A stretch of 64,000 nt of DNA from Eledone cirrhosa. Its lineage: Eukaryota. The notes beneath the pieces are model-generated. The model saw only the letters and a list, made by a program, of their open reading frames with translations. It was not told the DNA's origin and ran no database searches. The position numbers and the translations under genes are program-made. How positions within the stretch are numbered: the stretch's first letter is position 1; each line of letters opens with the position of its first letter. Shown here piece by piece: positions 51,030 to 63,303 of the stretch. The stretch is from positions 16,678,001-16,742,000 of the forward strand of contig OZ024760.1 in assembly GCA_964016885.1 (NCBI GenBank), in the 5' to 3' direction.

Positions 51030-51560
51030 GTGATGTATGTATGTGTTTATGTGTGTGTTTATGTATGTATATGGTGAGCAAATATTAGTGATGTATGTGT
51101 GTGTTTATGTGTGTAATTATGTATGTATATGGTGAGCAAATATTAGTGATGTATGTGTGTGTTTATGTATGTATATGGTGAGCAAATATTAGTGATGTAT
51201 GTGTGTGTTTATGTGTGTAGTTATGTATGTATATGGTGAGCAAATATTAGTGATGTATGTGTGTGTTTATGTGTGTAGTTATGTATGTATATGGTGAGCA
51301 AATATTAGTGATGTATGTGTGTATTTGTGTGTAGTTATGTATGTATATGGTGAGCAAATATTAGTGATGTATGTGTGTGTTTATGTGTGTAATTATGTAT
51401 GTATATGGTGAGCAAATATTAGTGATGTATGTGTGTGTTTATGTGTGTAATTATGTATGTATATGGTGAGCAAATATTAGTGATGTATGTGTGTGTTTAT
51501 GTTTATGTATGTGCATATGTATGTAGTGAGCAGAGATTAATAATGTATGTGGTGAGAAGA
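51030..51560. repeat. ~58-bp minisatellite (ATGGTGAGCAAATATTAGTGATGTATGTG...)
   Basis: About 8 copies. Confidence 0.9.
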
Positions 51561-52120
51561 TATGTGATTGTATGTATGTGTTTATGTATGTGTGTGTGTA
51601 TGTATATATATATATGATGAACAGGTATTAGTGCTGTATGTGTTTATGTGTGTGGTGAGAAAATACATGATGTATGTATGTGTTTATGTATACATGTGTA
51701 TGGTGAATGTGTATTAGTGATAATGATGGTATGTATGTGTATAAGTTTATATTAATGGTGTATGTATATGTGTGTGTGTGTAGTGGTATGTGCTGAAGTG
51801 GTGTGTATGTGTGTGTATAAGTGTGCATTACTGGTGTGTGTATGTGCTGTAGTGGTGTGTGTGTGTAGTGGTATGTGTAGGTATGTGCTGTAGTGATGTG
51901 CATGCATGCATGTGTATAATCTTCTTAAAATATTCATTAATCTCATGAACTTCTGTCTGAAACTTCAGACAGTATTAGTATAATCCAATCTTAGTATATA
52001 CATACATATATACATATATACTTAAATCTATATACATATATATATATAAATACATACATACATATATACTTATACATACATATATACTTATACATACATA
52101 TATATATACATACATATATA

Positions 52121-52161
<41 letters not shown>

Positions 52162-52283
52162 ACATATATATATATATACATACATACATATATATATATA
52201 TACATACATACATACATATATACATATATATATGTATATACATATATATATACATATATATATGTATATACATATATATATAC

Positions 52284-52412
<129 letters not shown>

Positions 52413-52542
52413 TACATATATACATATATACATATATATATATATACACATATATATACATATATATACACATATATACATATATATATACACACACACA
52501 TATACATACATATATATATACATACATATACACACACATACA

Positions 52543-52574
<32 letters not shown>

Positions 52575-53700
52575 CATACAGATATACATACATATATATA
52601 TTCATATACACATGCATATACATCCACATGCATACATACACTCATATATATACACACACACACACATATACACCTACATATGCGTACCTATGCATACATA
52701 TACATACTCAGACACATACATATATATATATACATATGCATACATACATATATATATATACATATGCATACATACATATATATATATATATATATACACA
52801 TACTCATATATGCATACACACACATATATATATAGATACCCATACAGGCACACATACACACACACATACACACACAATCAGATATTCATACAGATACATA
52901 TATGCATCCTCATACTCACACACCAGCCTGGTGTGGTCTCTATGTGGTCTCTCATTTTGCTAGAAATAGCAGTTAAATCTCTCAATAAATCACATTCTGC
53001 TCTCATGAATGTAAGATACATTGGCTGATATAGTTTACAACAACAACAAGAGAGAATTGGGAAACTTTTGATTATAGGTCCCTTGGTTCAGAGTCAGCCT
53101 AGGGCTAAACAACTACAACACAACACTATCTGACCTTAACCCCTTTTTTTTTTTTTCACCAAACCCCCTGAAATTGCCTCAGGTTCTATAGTACTAAGCT
53201 ACTTATTTTAAGTTGTTTATATTTCAATTGAAAATCATCCAGCATAATTTTGTGTAAGAACCTTTGTTAAGTTATGCTCCCCCCTTAGGACCATCTCCCT
53301 ACTCACCACCATCGGCACGGAGTTGGCTACCCTCAGATATGAAACACGCGAGCTAGAACAGTTCTATCTTCCAACGTGTCTCCCTCGCCATTGTCTGGTT
53401 TGCTAACTTATATTCTAACCTAATTATCTTGACATTGTGCTGACATACCAGTACAAATGTGTTCGCGCACTGAAACACACTCACACACACACACACACAC
53501 ATACACGCATAACTGCATGCAGAGACACATATACATGTTCACTCATATGTAACTGAAACTCCTTCTGTTACGAAGTTGCATGCCCACCCACCCCTGAACA
53601 AGACACCAGTCATCACAGGATTAACCCCTACACACACATACTGCTGGTACACAGTTACTCATTTTCAGCTGAGTATACTGAAGCAACATGAAATAAAGGA

Positions 53701-53920
53701 TAGCCTGATAGTAGGGTTTATAACCCTCTAAAAAATGGACAAAGATGAGTATTGACATAGCTTGATAGTAGGGTTGAGAACCCTCTAAAAAATGGACAGA
53801 TGAGTATTGACATAGCCTGATAGTAGGGTTTAGAACCCTCTAAAAAATGGACAAAGATGAGTATTGATGTACTCATCTTTTTCCATTTCTTAGAGGGTTC
53901 TAAACCCTACTATCAGGCTA
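53701..53920. mobile_element. Hairpin MITE-like insert with triplicated left arm, inside a CORE-type SINE
   Basis: TAGCCTGATAGTAGGGTTTAGAACCCTCTAA...GATGAGTA three times, then its reverse complement ending ATCAGGCTA. Confidence 0.75.
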
Positions 53921-54714
53921 AACTTTCTTTAGTAAAAAAAAAATAAAAAAATACAGCAAAAGCTTCTATTTCTAATTTAAAACTCGCTCACTGTTTCAAA
54001 ACAAACCTACTTGCCATGAAATAAAGTGTTTTGCTCAAGAACACGACACACAGCACACAGCCCAGTCCAGGAATCAAACCCACAACATTATGATCATAAG
54101 TCCAACACCCTTACCACACAGACCTCCAATATATATATATATATATGAATGGTTTCAAAGAGAGGATGATATTTTTTCATATTTTAATAAATTCGATAAA
54201 CTACCTTTATACACATTTCCAAATGTATCTGTTGGCTGTTGTAATGTATGTCTAACAGAGAGTTGCCCCCAAAATATACTTTTCGTGTTGTCCAGGAATC
54301 GAACCCATGACATTATGATTGTACGCCCAACACCCTTACCACTAGGCCATATTTAGTAAACCCCCTCTTATGTCCTTCATACAATGTCCATTCTTTCTCG
54401 ACATTTATCTATCTGCTGTGTTATATATATTTATCAATATTTTATCTCTATCAATGATATTGATTAGTGATAATTAAGCTTATTGATTTTTGTTGTTTGT
54501 TTTTTTTTACTTTAATATTTTGTTTTGTAGTGGGGGGGGGGGTAATATGGTCGGGGGGAATGGCAGACCCACTAGAACAGTTTCTCAAACCTTTTCAAAC
54601 GCAGAACCCTTTTTAGTCTAGAAACTTTTGGGGGAACCCCAAAGCCTAATACTGTTATATGGTTGTAATATAAATATACTCCTCTAAACTTTTTTTCATG
54701 GAAACCTAGATACT

Positions 54715-56090
54715 CCTTTACATTCTGAGTTCAAATTCCACCGAGGTTAGTTAAGCCTTTCATCCTTACGGATCGATAAAATAAAGTACCTGTCACACAT
54801 TGGGGTCGATTTAATCGAATTTCCCCTCCCCCAAAATTACTGGCCTTGTGCCTATATAAGAAAGCCGAGGTTAACTTTGCGTTTCGTCCTTACTGGGTCG
54901 ATAAAATAAAGTACCAGTAATGCACTGGGGTAATTGCTGGCCTTGTGCCAAAAGTAGAAACAATTATTACAGGGTCAATACAATAAAGTACCAGTAATGC
55001 ACTGGGGTAATTGCTGGCCTTGTGCCAAAAGTAGAAACAATTATTACAGGGTCAATACAATAAAGTACCAGTAATGCACTGGGGTAATTGCTGGCCTTGT
55101 GCCAAAAGTAGAAACAATTATTCTACAGTTCATCTATTTCACCGAAATTCTCTCCATATCTCTCAGTACAATGTTAGGGTGTCCCAAATAATTTCAGCAA
55201 ATTTTTTCATGTCAACTTCTATGTTGATTGTTCAATGTGATTTTTTTATAAACTTATCAGTTAGTTGATCTAATTAATAGCTGAATTAAGTAATTAACTC
55301 CCCACCTCTCTCTCTAGGTTAATATGATAAACTAAATCAACATGTTGCCATATCATGGTCACAGTCTAATAACTGAAACCAGTAAAAGAATAAATTAGTA
55401 CATATCCATTTATCTATTTAAATATTCCTTTAAGGGTCATATTTATAGCCAAGCCCTTAGGTTTTTGGTTATTTCAGAGCCCCTCTGGCACTACAATCTT
55501 TCCCTTCTCTACAGCAAAAAAAAAAAAAATGATGAATGCCCTAGTCTTTTCTAGTTTCCCTGGTTTTATCTAGATACCCCAGTTTTTTTTCATTATTATT
55601 ATTATTATTCCGCCGAGTTCAACTTTGCCTTTCATCCTTACGGGGTCGATAAAATTAAGTACCAGTAATGCACTGGGGTAATCGCTGGCCTTGTGCCAAA
55701 AGTAGAGACCCAGGGCGGTCAATTGGCAGTATTGGTAAAGCGTCGGACAACCTGCTTTGCAGCATAGAGTTACGGCCCTTTATGATCTGAGTTCAAATCC
55801 TGCCGAGGTTAACTTTGTCTTTCATTCTTACGGGGTCGATAAAATAAAGTACCAGTAATGTACTGGGGTTGATTTAATAGACTTTCCCTTCCCCCAAAAT
55901 TGCTGACGTTGTGCCTATATAAGAAACCATTATTCCAGCATAGAGTTACGGCCCTTTATGATCTGAGTTCAAATCCCTCCAAGGTTAACTTTGCCTTTCA
56001 TCCTTACGGGGTCGATAAAATAAAGTACCAGTAATGTACTGGGGATAATTACTGGTCTTGTGCAAAAAGTAGAAACAATTATTATTATAA
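54715..56090 (+). mobile_element. Family A SINE clusters (54715-55120 with 78-bp tandem tails; 55610-56090) upstream of SLC18B1 coding exon 1
   Basis: Repeated core and tail. Confidence 0.85.
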
Positions 56091-56157
56091 ATAACATAAG
56101 TCTGATTTCTTTTTCCTCTTCTTTTACCAGTTTGAAAAATCTTATCATCACACAACT

Positions 56158-56394
56158 ATGGCAGACTGTGAAAAGGACCCCCTTATCCAGTCAGCTCCCA
56201 AAAGGGAACGATTGGCATCTGAACTAAGTACCCACAGTGTGATACCATCATCTGATGGCAGGGGCTGTAGGCTGTGCCCAGATTTTATCAATGAAATTGG
56301 ATATAAAGAGAAACTCACCATTCTTTTTATGTGTTTAATTACGTTTGTACAAAGTCTTTGCTTCTCGGTCTTGGCTCCTTTCTTCCCTAAAGAA
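56158..56394 (+). CDS. SLC18B1: SLC18B1-like MFS transporter, coding exon 1 (exon begins 56131; ATG 56158)
   Basis: Pyrimidine tract and AG at 56129-56130; MADCEKDPLI...LFMCLITFVQSLCFSVLAPFFPKE then GTAAGT at 56395. 79 codons, phase 0. LAPFFPKE matches the SLC18B1 TM1 end as I recall it. Confidence 0.9.
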
Positions 56395-56722
56395 GTAAGT
56401 ACTTTTTATTTGACCCTTTTCGTACCAATATATCTGAAACTTGAAACTGCCCATGGTTTTACAATACAAAACTGTATATTTTAAAGTGTTTATCATCATC
56501 ATCATCGTTTAACGTCCATCTTCCATGCTAGCATGGGTTAGACAGCTTTGTTCCATTTGATGTGGGAATGGTCAGGAGACCATGTCTCACTCGTACGGAA
56601 GTGTCTCTGGCAGGTTTTATACAGCTGGATACCCTTCCTAACACCAACCACTTTTACAGTGTGGACTGGGAGCCTTGTTTATATTTATCTAAAAACCTTC
56701 CATCATAATTTTATGTACTGGG

Positions 56723-56916
56723 ATGAGGAGCGGGTGCTGAAAAGTTCCTGGCTTTAAGGATATCATGAAAGGGTAAAGCTGTTACCTTTACAGGGGACGT
56801 AGGACCACTGCGTGTGGGAATCTGAGAGGGGAATATATTGAATAAAATCATAATTAACTGATCCTCCTGTATTTTTTTTTTACCCAAAGCCAGGAACTTT
56901 TCAGCACCCCCTCGTA
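56723..56916. mobile_element. Mariner-type MITE in SLC18B1 intron
   Basis: TIR GGGTGCTGAAAAGTTCCTGGCTTT ... AAAGCCAGGAACTTTTCAGCACCCCCTCGTA. Confidence 0.8.
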
Positions 56917-57042
56917 AGATCCTTTCTGAAGTTATGTTCTACACATGAACTTAATGAGAAAGCTTCTCTCTCTCTCTCCTCCTCAATAACCAATCTCTCT
57001 CTCTCTCTCTCTCAGTAACCAACTCTTTTTCTCTCCCTCCAG

Positions 57043-57138
57043 GCCCAAGAGAAAGGGTTAACTTCTACAGAAACAGGATTGATCTTTGGTGTTTTTGAAT
57101 TAATGATTTTCCTGACAGCCCCAATATTTGGTATTTAT
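57043..57138 (+). CDS. SLC18B1: SLC18B1-like coding exon 2
   Basis: ctccctccAG / GTAAGT; AQEKGLTSTETGLIFGVFELMIFLTAPIFGIY; 96 nt, phase 0-0. Confidence 0.93.
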
Positions 57139-57714
57139 GTAAGTGTTTCTTGCTTTTTCTCTTTCTTCCTCTCTCTCTCTATCCTTGTTACTGATGTTGT
57201 TGTTGTTAATACTGATGGGAATCAAGTCTTATTTGCTAATACATAAATAAATAAATAAATAAACAAATAAAGAGATTTTTAATGAAACAGAAAAAGTGAC
57301 ATCCAAACGAGTATCCTCCATCTCCAGTTAACATACCCTCCCTCCACCTTTGGGTCCCGGTTATAGAACCAAGCCCTCGCTTTCACACCCAACCTAATTT
57401 GGTGGGGCCAGTGCTGTGACGCGGACACATGAGAGGGAGTTTGGCCCACAGAGATGCTAAATACAACCTATTTGAGCCATGTTGTAGTCCAGCAGGAGCT
57501 CAGCCCACTGCTCAGCTCAGGAATAACAACACTCGGCATCACAGATAGGAGTTTTAAATAAACCTGAATCAACAAATTATTGCCTCCGATCTTTTAATAA
57601 TATGTAGTGCTCCGGCTTGCATCATTTATACAGGTGATAAACACAACGTATTTGAGCTAGTTTCTAGACCAGCTCAGCCCACTGCTCAACTCATACCATA
57701 TATATATATTTCAG

Positions 57715-57788
57715 TTGACCAGATTTGGAATCCTCTTCACCTATATATCAGGGTGTCTTGTAGCTGGTTCCTGTTCCATAATATTTGG
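57715..57788 (+). CDS. SLC18B1: SLC18B1-like coding exon 3
   Basis: tttcAG / GTAAGT; LTRFGILFTYISGCLVAGSCSIIF(G); 74 nt, phase 0-2. Confidence 0.9.
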
Positions 57789-58267
57789 GTAAGTGAAACC
57801 TAACGGCTATTCTTGTAGCTGCTAGCATTGCTATTCTTAATCTTAACATCTCTGTAAATTAACATGATCCTGCCTACTCTGCATTTTCTTAAATCTTTTA
57901 ATACCAACGCATCCCTCGTTCTTTGATACACAACTGTTTGTTTTAACCCTTTAGCATTTACATTACTCTATATTTACTATTATATTTTCAAGGTAAAGGC
58001 TTTACCTTACATAATTATCTCACATAATATTGAATCTATGAGATTTTGTTATTATTTATTTTGAGAACAATACCTTAACATCAGTATGAGTGGCCAGTTA
58101 GGACCCCGACAGCTGAGCTCAAGCCATTTCGACGGCTAATTCTGGACGAATTCTGCGTCCAGAATTAGCCGTCGAAACGGCTTTCCTACTCGTTCCTATT
58201 ACCCACTCTACTACCCTAAGTATTGAGTACTTTGGTGCGTTATGGTCCACCTGGTTCCTTCCTTCGT

Positions 58268-58298
<31 letters not shown>

Positions 58299-58313
58299 GA
58301 GTGGGTATATATA

Positions 58314-58640
58314 CATGGCTTAGTGGTTAGAGCATTGGCCTTGCAATCGAAAGGGTGTGAGTTCAATTCTCAGACCGGGTGATGTGTTGTTTCCTTGAGC
58401 AAGACACTTTATTTCACATTGCTCCAGTTTACTCAGCTGTAGAAATGAGATGGGGTCCCTATCATTCCACTGCAAAGTGGTTGTGGAGGCGCCACGGCAA
58501 AAAAAGCACCCAGCACTCACTGTAAATGAGGTTGGTGTTAGGAAGGGCATCCAGCTGTAGAAATCAAGCCAGAATTAGTTCCTGTCCCACCCTCGCAAGC
58601 AGGGAAAAAGTGGACGTAAAATGAAATGATGATGATGATG
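58314..58640 (+). mobile_element. CORE-type tRNA SINE with (GAT)n tail
   Basis: GGCTTAGTGGTTAGAGC head, CCTTGAGCAAGACACTT core. Confidence 0.85.
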
Positions 58641-58773
58641 AAATGATACACACACCAGCCATTCTATTCACCTTCTATGACATACAGAGACACAGTGTAC
58701 CTATTCTAGACCAGATATATACCCACCATGAAACTCTCTATAATCTATAACTATTACAGTATCTCTTTTTCAG

Positions 58774-58921
58774 TGTGTTAAAGTGGTGTCCTCCAGGTAA
58801 GGTGTTCTTGACAATGTGTTTCTTAACGAGAGGTGTGGAAGCTTTGGCAGTATCTGCCCACCTGACATCGAGTATGGCCGTCATTGGTTTTATATTTAAA
58901 GACCGCGCTTCGTTAGCTATT
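58774..58921 (+). CDS. SLC18B1: SLC18B1-like coding exon 4
   Basis: tttttcAG / GTAAGT; (G)VLKWCPPGKVFLTMCFLTRGVEALAVSAHLTSSMAVIGFIFKDRASLAI; 148 nt, phase 2-0; TM4 MCFLxR motif. Confidence 0.92.
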
Positions 58922-59174
58922 GTAAGTTAATCTTTTGACCTCTTCACCTATTCACCTCTCTTTCAGTCTCTTTCAATCATTTCTCTCACTCTCTCTCTCT
59001 CACTCTCTCTCTCTCACTCTCTCTCTCACTCTCTCTCTCTCTCTCTTCATCCTGGTTCTAACTATACTATTACCACCATTATTGTGGTCACTCTTCTCCT
59101 AAAGCTGTATTAAATCTCACCTTTTGTTGTGGTCAGCCATGTTTAACATTTGTAATATATTTTCTCTCCAACAG

Positions 59175-59243
59175 GGTTTTATAGAAATTTTCAGCGGTCT
59201 TGGAATGATGGCTGGACCCCCGATAGGAGGGGTCCTCTATGAG
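59175..59243 (+). CDS. SLC18B1: SLC18B1-like coding exon 5
   Basis: ccaacAG / GTGAGT; GFIEIFSGLGMMAGPPIGGVLYE (MFS antiporter motif C, GxxxGPxxGG); 69 nt. Confidence 0.95.
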
Positions 59244-59715
59244 GTGAGTGGTAACATCTACATAACCTTGTAAGTACAAGTAAGACTAAAAACTTCACTG
59301 TGGAGATCTAAGTAGGAGCCAAGCTCACGGATGTTACCCAACCATCTTGTTCGGGGTCTACCCCTGGGTCTCCTGGCGGTTGGTTTTGCCCGTAAAATCT
59401 TTCCAAATATAACAAAACTCATATTTTATCCTTTAGCATTTAAACTGGCCATAACTGGCCAGAATTCTCTCACCTCGTTCTGTTCAAACAGCCCATAACC
59501 AGCATTATATGAGATAAAGTGTTTACCATGAAAATAAAATAGTAAATATAGAGTAATGTAAATGCTAAAGGGTTAATTAAAATTTGTTGAATAAAGTCAT
59601 TAGACATGAGATATTTTTTTAATTATAAAATATCAAATTATTTTCAATTTTACAAAATTACTTGTTTCATTTTTTTTTCATTTTTTTTTTTTCCCACAAT
59701 TTGTTTCATTTGCAG

Positions 59716-59806
59716 CTTGGTGGGTTTGGTTTACCATTTTGGACACTGGGTGGCATCACTGTAGTGTTGGCATTCATTTCTTGTATACTAATGCCATCTA
59801 TCACAG
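59716..59806 (+). CDS. SLC18B1: SLC18B1-like coding exon 6
   Basis: tttgcAG / GTAGGT; LGGFGLPFWTLGGITVVLAFISCILMPSIT; 91 nt, phase 0-1. Confidence 0.92.
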
Positions 59807-60123
59807 GTAGGTGTCACTAGTTTCTTCATTCTGTCTCTTAACTCTTAACATCCTGTACCACAAAATCAAAAAAACAGCACAGCTCCCATGACTTTCTGAA
59901 ACATTTTTTTCTATGTACTATAGATGCACCTTTGATGAATTGTAGTGCACCTGAGCACTGTACACAATAATTTCATTTTAAATATATATATATATATACA
60001 CACATATATACTCTAACACATATATATATATATATACATATAAGGGATAACAAAATATCATTATAGGTAATCCAGTTAGAGGTTGTAAATACTTTGTATT
60101 GTGGATAGTTTTAGCATATATAC

Positions 60124-60245
<122 letters not shown>

Positions 60246-60305
60246 ATTTGTGTGTATATAATGACTCGTGCACTGTTCACTTTCCTGACAGTACATTATT
60301 CTATG

Positions 60306-60495
60306 TGGTGGATTGGCAGTATCGGTAGAGGATAAGACGCCATGCTTTGAAGCATAGAGTTACCTCCCTGTATGATCTGAGTTCAAATCCCGCCGAGGTT
60401 AACTTTGCCTTTCATCCTTCCGGGGTCGATAGAATAAAGTACCAGTAATGCACTGGGTAATTGCTGGCCTTGTGCCAAAAGTAGAAACAATTATT
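60306..60495 (+). mobile_element. Full-length family A SINE
   Basis: A-box, B-box, core and tail. Confidence 0.88.
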
Positions 60496-60848
60496 CTATG
60501 TACTATACATGCACCTTTGATAAGTTGTAGTACACCTGCAAAAATGTTTTCGAAAGACATGGGAGCTGATGTACAATTTCTATCACATTTCACCCAAGAT
60601 AATCTCTCTCTGTCTCTCTGTCTCTACATATCTCTATCTTTCTCTCTATATCTATCTATATATCTGTCTCTCTCTCTCTCTCTACATATCTCTCTCTCTC
60701 TCTCTACATATCTCTATCTTTCTCTATATATCTATCTCTGTCTCTATCTCTCTCTATCTGTCGCTCTCTCTATCAATACCTCTCTATCTTTCTATCTATC
60801 TATAGCTTTCACCCTTTCACCCTTTCTCTCTCTCTCTCTCTGCCACAG

Positions 60849-60985
60849 ATGACAACAGCCAAGACAAAAGATCAAAGCTAGCCATATTGAAAAGTCCCTA
60901 TGTCCTGTCTATTGCCTTCATCATCGTCTGTGCTGCCTATTCTGTCACATTTCTTGACCCAACACTTTCACTTCACCTGGGAAAG
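60849..60985 (+). CDS. SLC18B1: SLC18B1-like coding exon 7
   Basis: ccacAG / GTAACT; (D)DNSQDKRSKLAILKSPYVLSIAFIIVCAAYSVTFLDPTLSLHLGK; FLDPTLSL is typical of SLC18B1; 137 nt, phase 1-0. Confidence 0.93.
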
Positions 60986-61019
60986 GTAACTAATTTCATT
61001 TTATGTTTAACCACTATCT

Positions 61020-61180
61020 GTTCAACCTGACCGTTTCCAGTCAATCTGACCGTATTCGGTCAACCTGACCGTATCCGGTCAACCTGACCGTATTCGGTCA
61101 ACTTGACCGTGTCCGGTCAACTTGACCGTGTCCGGTCAACCTGACCGTGTCCGGTCAACCTGACCGTATCCGGTCAACCT
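61020..61180. repeat. 19-bp palindromic minisatellite (CGGTCAACCTGACCGTRTY)
   Basis: About 8 units; six contain a perfect GGTCAnnnTGACC. Confidence 0.95.
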
Positions 61181-61343
61181 GTCAGCTCTCTATATTGGTT
61201 TAATATTAAATAATTCTTTCTACTTTTGGCATAAAGCCAGCAATTATCCCAGTGTATTACTGGTACTTTATTTTATCGACCCCGTAAGGATGAAAAGCAA
61301 AGTTAACCTCAGTTTAATATTAAATAATATTAATATATTTCAG

Positions 61344-61442
61344 TTTAACCTGTCAGCTCTCTACATTGGTTTAATATTCCTCGCAGCTCCAGCCACATAT
61401 TCCTTCTCTGCTCCATTAATGGGATGGATAAATGACACATAT
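61344..61442 (+). CDS. SLC18B1: SLC18B1-like coding exon 8
   Basis: tttcAG / GTAAGT; FNLSALYIGLIFLAAPATYSFSAPLMGWINDTY; 99 nt, phase 0-0. Confidence 0.93.
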
Positions 61443-62062
61443 GTAAGTCTATATTTCTTTAATATTCCTCATCTTTACTTCAGTGCTCTTGTCTTTTATT
61501 TTACAGCTTGCCTGTCTTTCTGTCATCTTGAGGCTCCTAAACCCCTCACCTCACTCGCACTCACCATCAAATCTGATGCCTCTTGTATTCTGGAGGTATG
61601 GTCAAATTTGGGCCTTGACACCTTGGGTAGCAGGCCAGTGCTTGTACTGGTTTCCTATAAACATAAATAAATTATATATATCATCATCATCATCATCATC
61701 GTTTAACGTCCATCTTCCACGCTTGCAGGGGTTTGGACGGGAGTTTTCCCACTTGAGGCAAGATTGGTTGACTTGCTCGTATAGGACTGTCTGGCAGGTT
61801 TTCTACGGCTGGGTGCCCTTCCTAACACCAACCACGTTTACAGTGTGGAACTGGGAGGTTTTTACCGTGTTACCTACACGGCCACATTACAGCGTGGACT
61901 GTGTGTTTTTTTGTCGTGACACCTACACGACCTCATTTGTTTCGGACTGGATGTTGTGGTACCAACATAACTTCACATTTAAGAGGGTGGTGTGGATGGG
62001 GTGGGGGTAGTGGGACGGGGGTGTATTTTGTTAGAGGTGCCTACTGACTGTAGGTTTCGCTT

Positions 62063-62090
<28 letters not shown>

Positions 62091-62096
<6 letters not shown>

Positions 62097-62440
62097 ATTA
62101 AATAAATGGAAACTATATTTATAAAACCATATTTATTTCGTTATATATATTTCAGGGATATCATATTAACAATATGTTATGCCTTCTTCAGACAAAATAC
62201 AATATAAACAGTCTTATAAATAAATAGATACGACATACCTTTCAATCACCTTGCATTTGGGAGGTTGATTTGGCAGTATGATATCCCTGAAATATATATA
62301 ACGAAATAAATATGGTTTTATAAATATAGTTTCCATTTATTTAATATCATAAATATACTCCAAATACTTGTTGAGTGCTTTTATATCAGTTATAAATATT
62401 TACTCGTTGTTAACCCAACAATTTAAATATAACTTTCCAT
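62091..62440. mobile_element. Fold-back Penelope-like remnant; perfect 75-bp arms 62091-62165 / 62277-62351; intact hammerhead on - at 62144-62199
   Basis: Minus: tattttgt-CTGAAGA-agg...cct-GAAA-tatata-TA-acgaaata. Confidence 0.78.
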
Positions 62441-63157
62441 ATATATATATATATTTATGGCAACATGAATGGACCTGTTATTTTTATCTAAATACTTTTT
62501 TTCCAATTCCATCCCGCCCATCCCTTCAATCTCTCTTATTTCTCATTCTTTCTTCTGATGAAGGACTAGCATCCAAAATGTTAAGACACTCTTCCTGCTG
62601 TTTCAAGCGTTAACCTAATATATTCCTTCCATATACTGTATTGATTGTGTTGTTATTTCTATTTAATTTTTACATATATATAATTAAGTATAATGACCTA
62701 TACAGTTGGATTATATCTAGCTCTGCTGCCATCCACTCACTCAATGAAGCTGTAAATATGAATTTGCATCCAAGAGGGATTCTGATTTCATGGCATGAAG
62801 TGACTGAGAATACAATACTCCTCCTGGACAGGACGCCAGTCCATTGCAGGGTTTAAGTCTGTCTCAAGCCAGAAGGTTTGTTAGGCCAGTGATTATCCTG
62901 CTTATCCCAGTTTTGTGACGTGAAGTGACTGAGAGTACAAGATTCTACCCCTTAGACAGAACACCAGTCCATCACAGGATTAAACCCTACCAACTATTGC
63001 TGCTACTCATTTTCTGCTGAGTGTACTGGAATAAAGTGAAATGAAGTGTTTTGCTCAAGAATACAACACGCAATCCAGCCCAGGAATCGAACCTACAAGA
63101 TTATTCTTCTTTTCTTTTTCTTCTCATCCCTCCCTCCCTCTTTGTCTCTCTTTTCAG

Positions 63158-63249
63158 AAACAATCAAACATTATTATTATATTCGGCTGCTTTGCATTGG
63201 CCATTTGTAACTTATTTATCGGTCCGGCACCATTCCTGAACATTCCATA
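63158..63249 (+). CDS. SLC18B1: SLC18B1-like coding exon 9 (gene continues beyond window)
   Basis: ttttcAG / GTGAGT; KQSNIIIIFGCFALAICNLFIGPAPFLNIP plus split codon TA; 92 nt. TM10-12 are not in the window. Confidence 0.9.
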
Positions 63250-63265
63250 GTGAGTATGGTGAATT

Positions 63266-63303
<38 letters not shown>

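Noticed and set aside
63248-63250. TAG stop ending the transporter
   Set aside because: It spans the donor TA|GTGAGT; the MFS fold needs further helices, so the gene continues.
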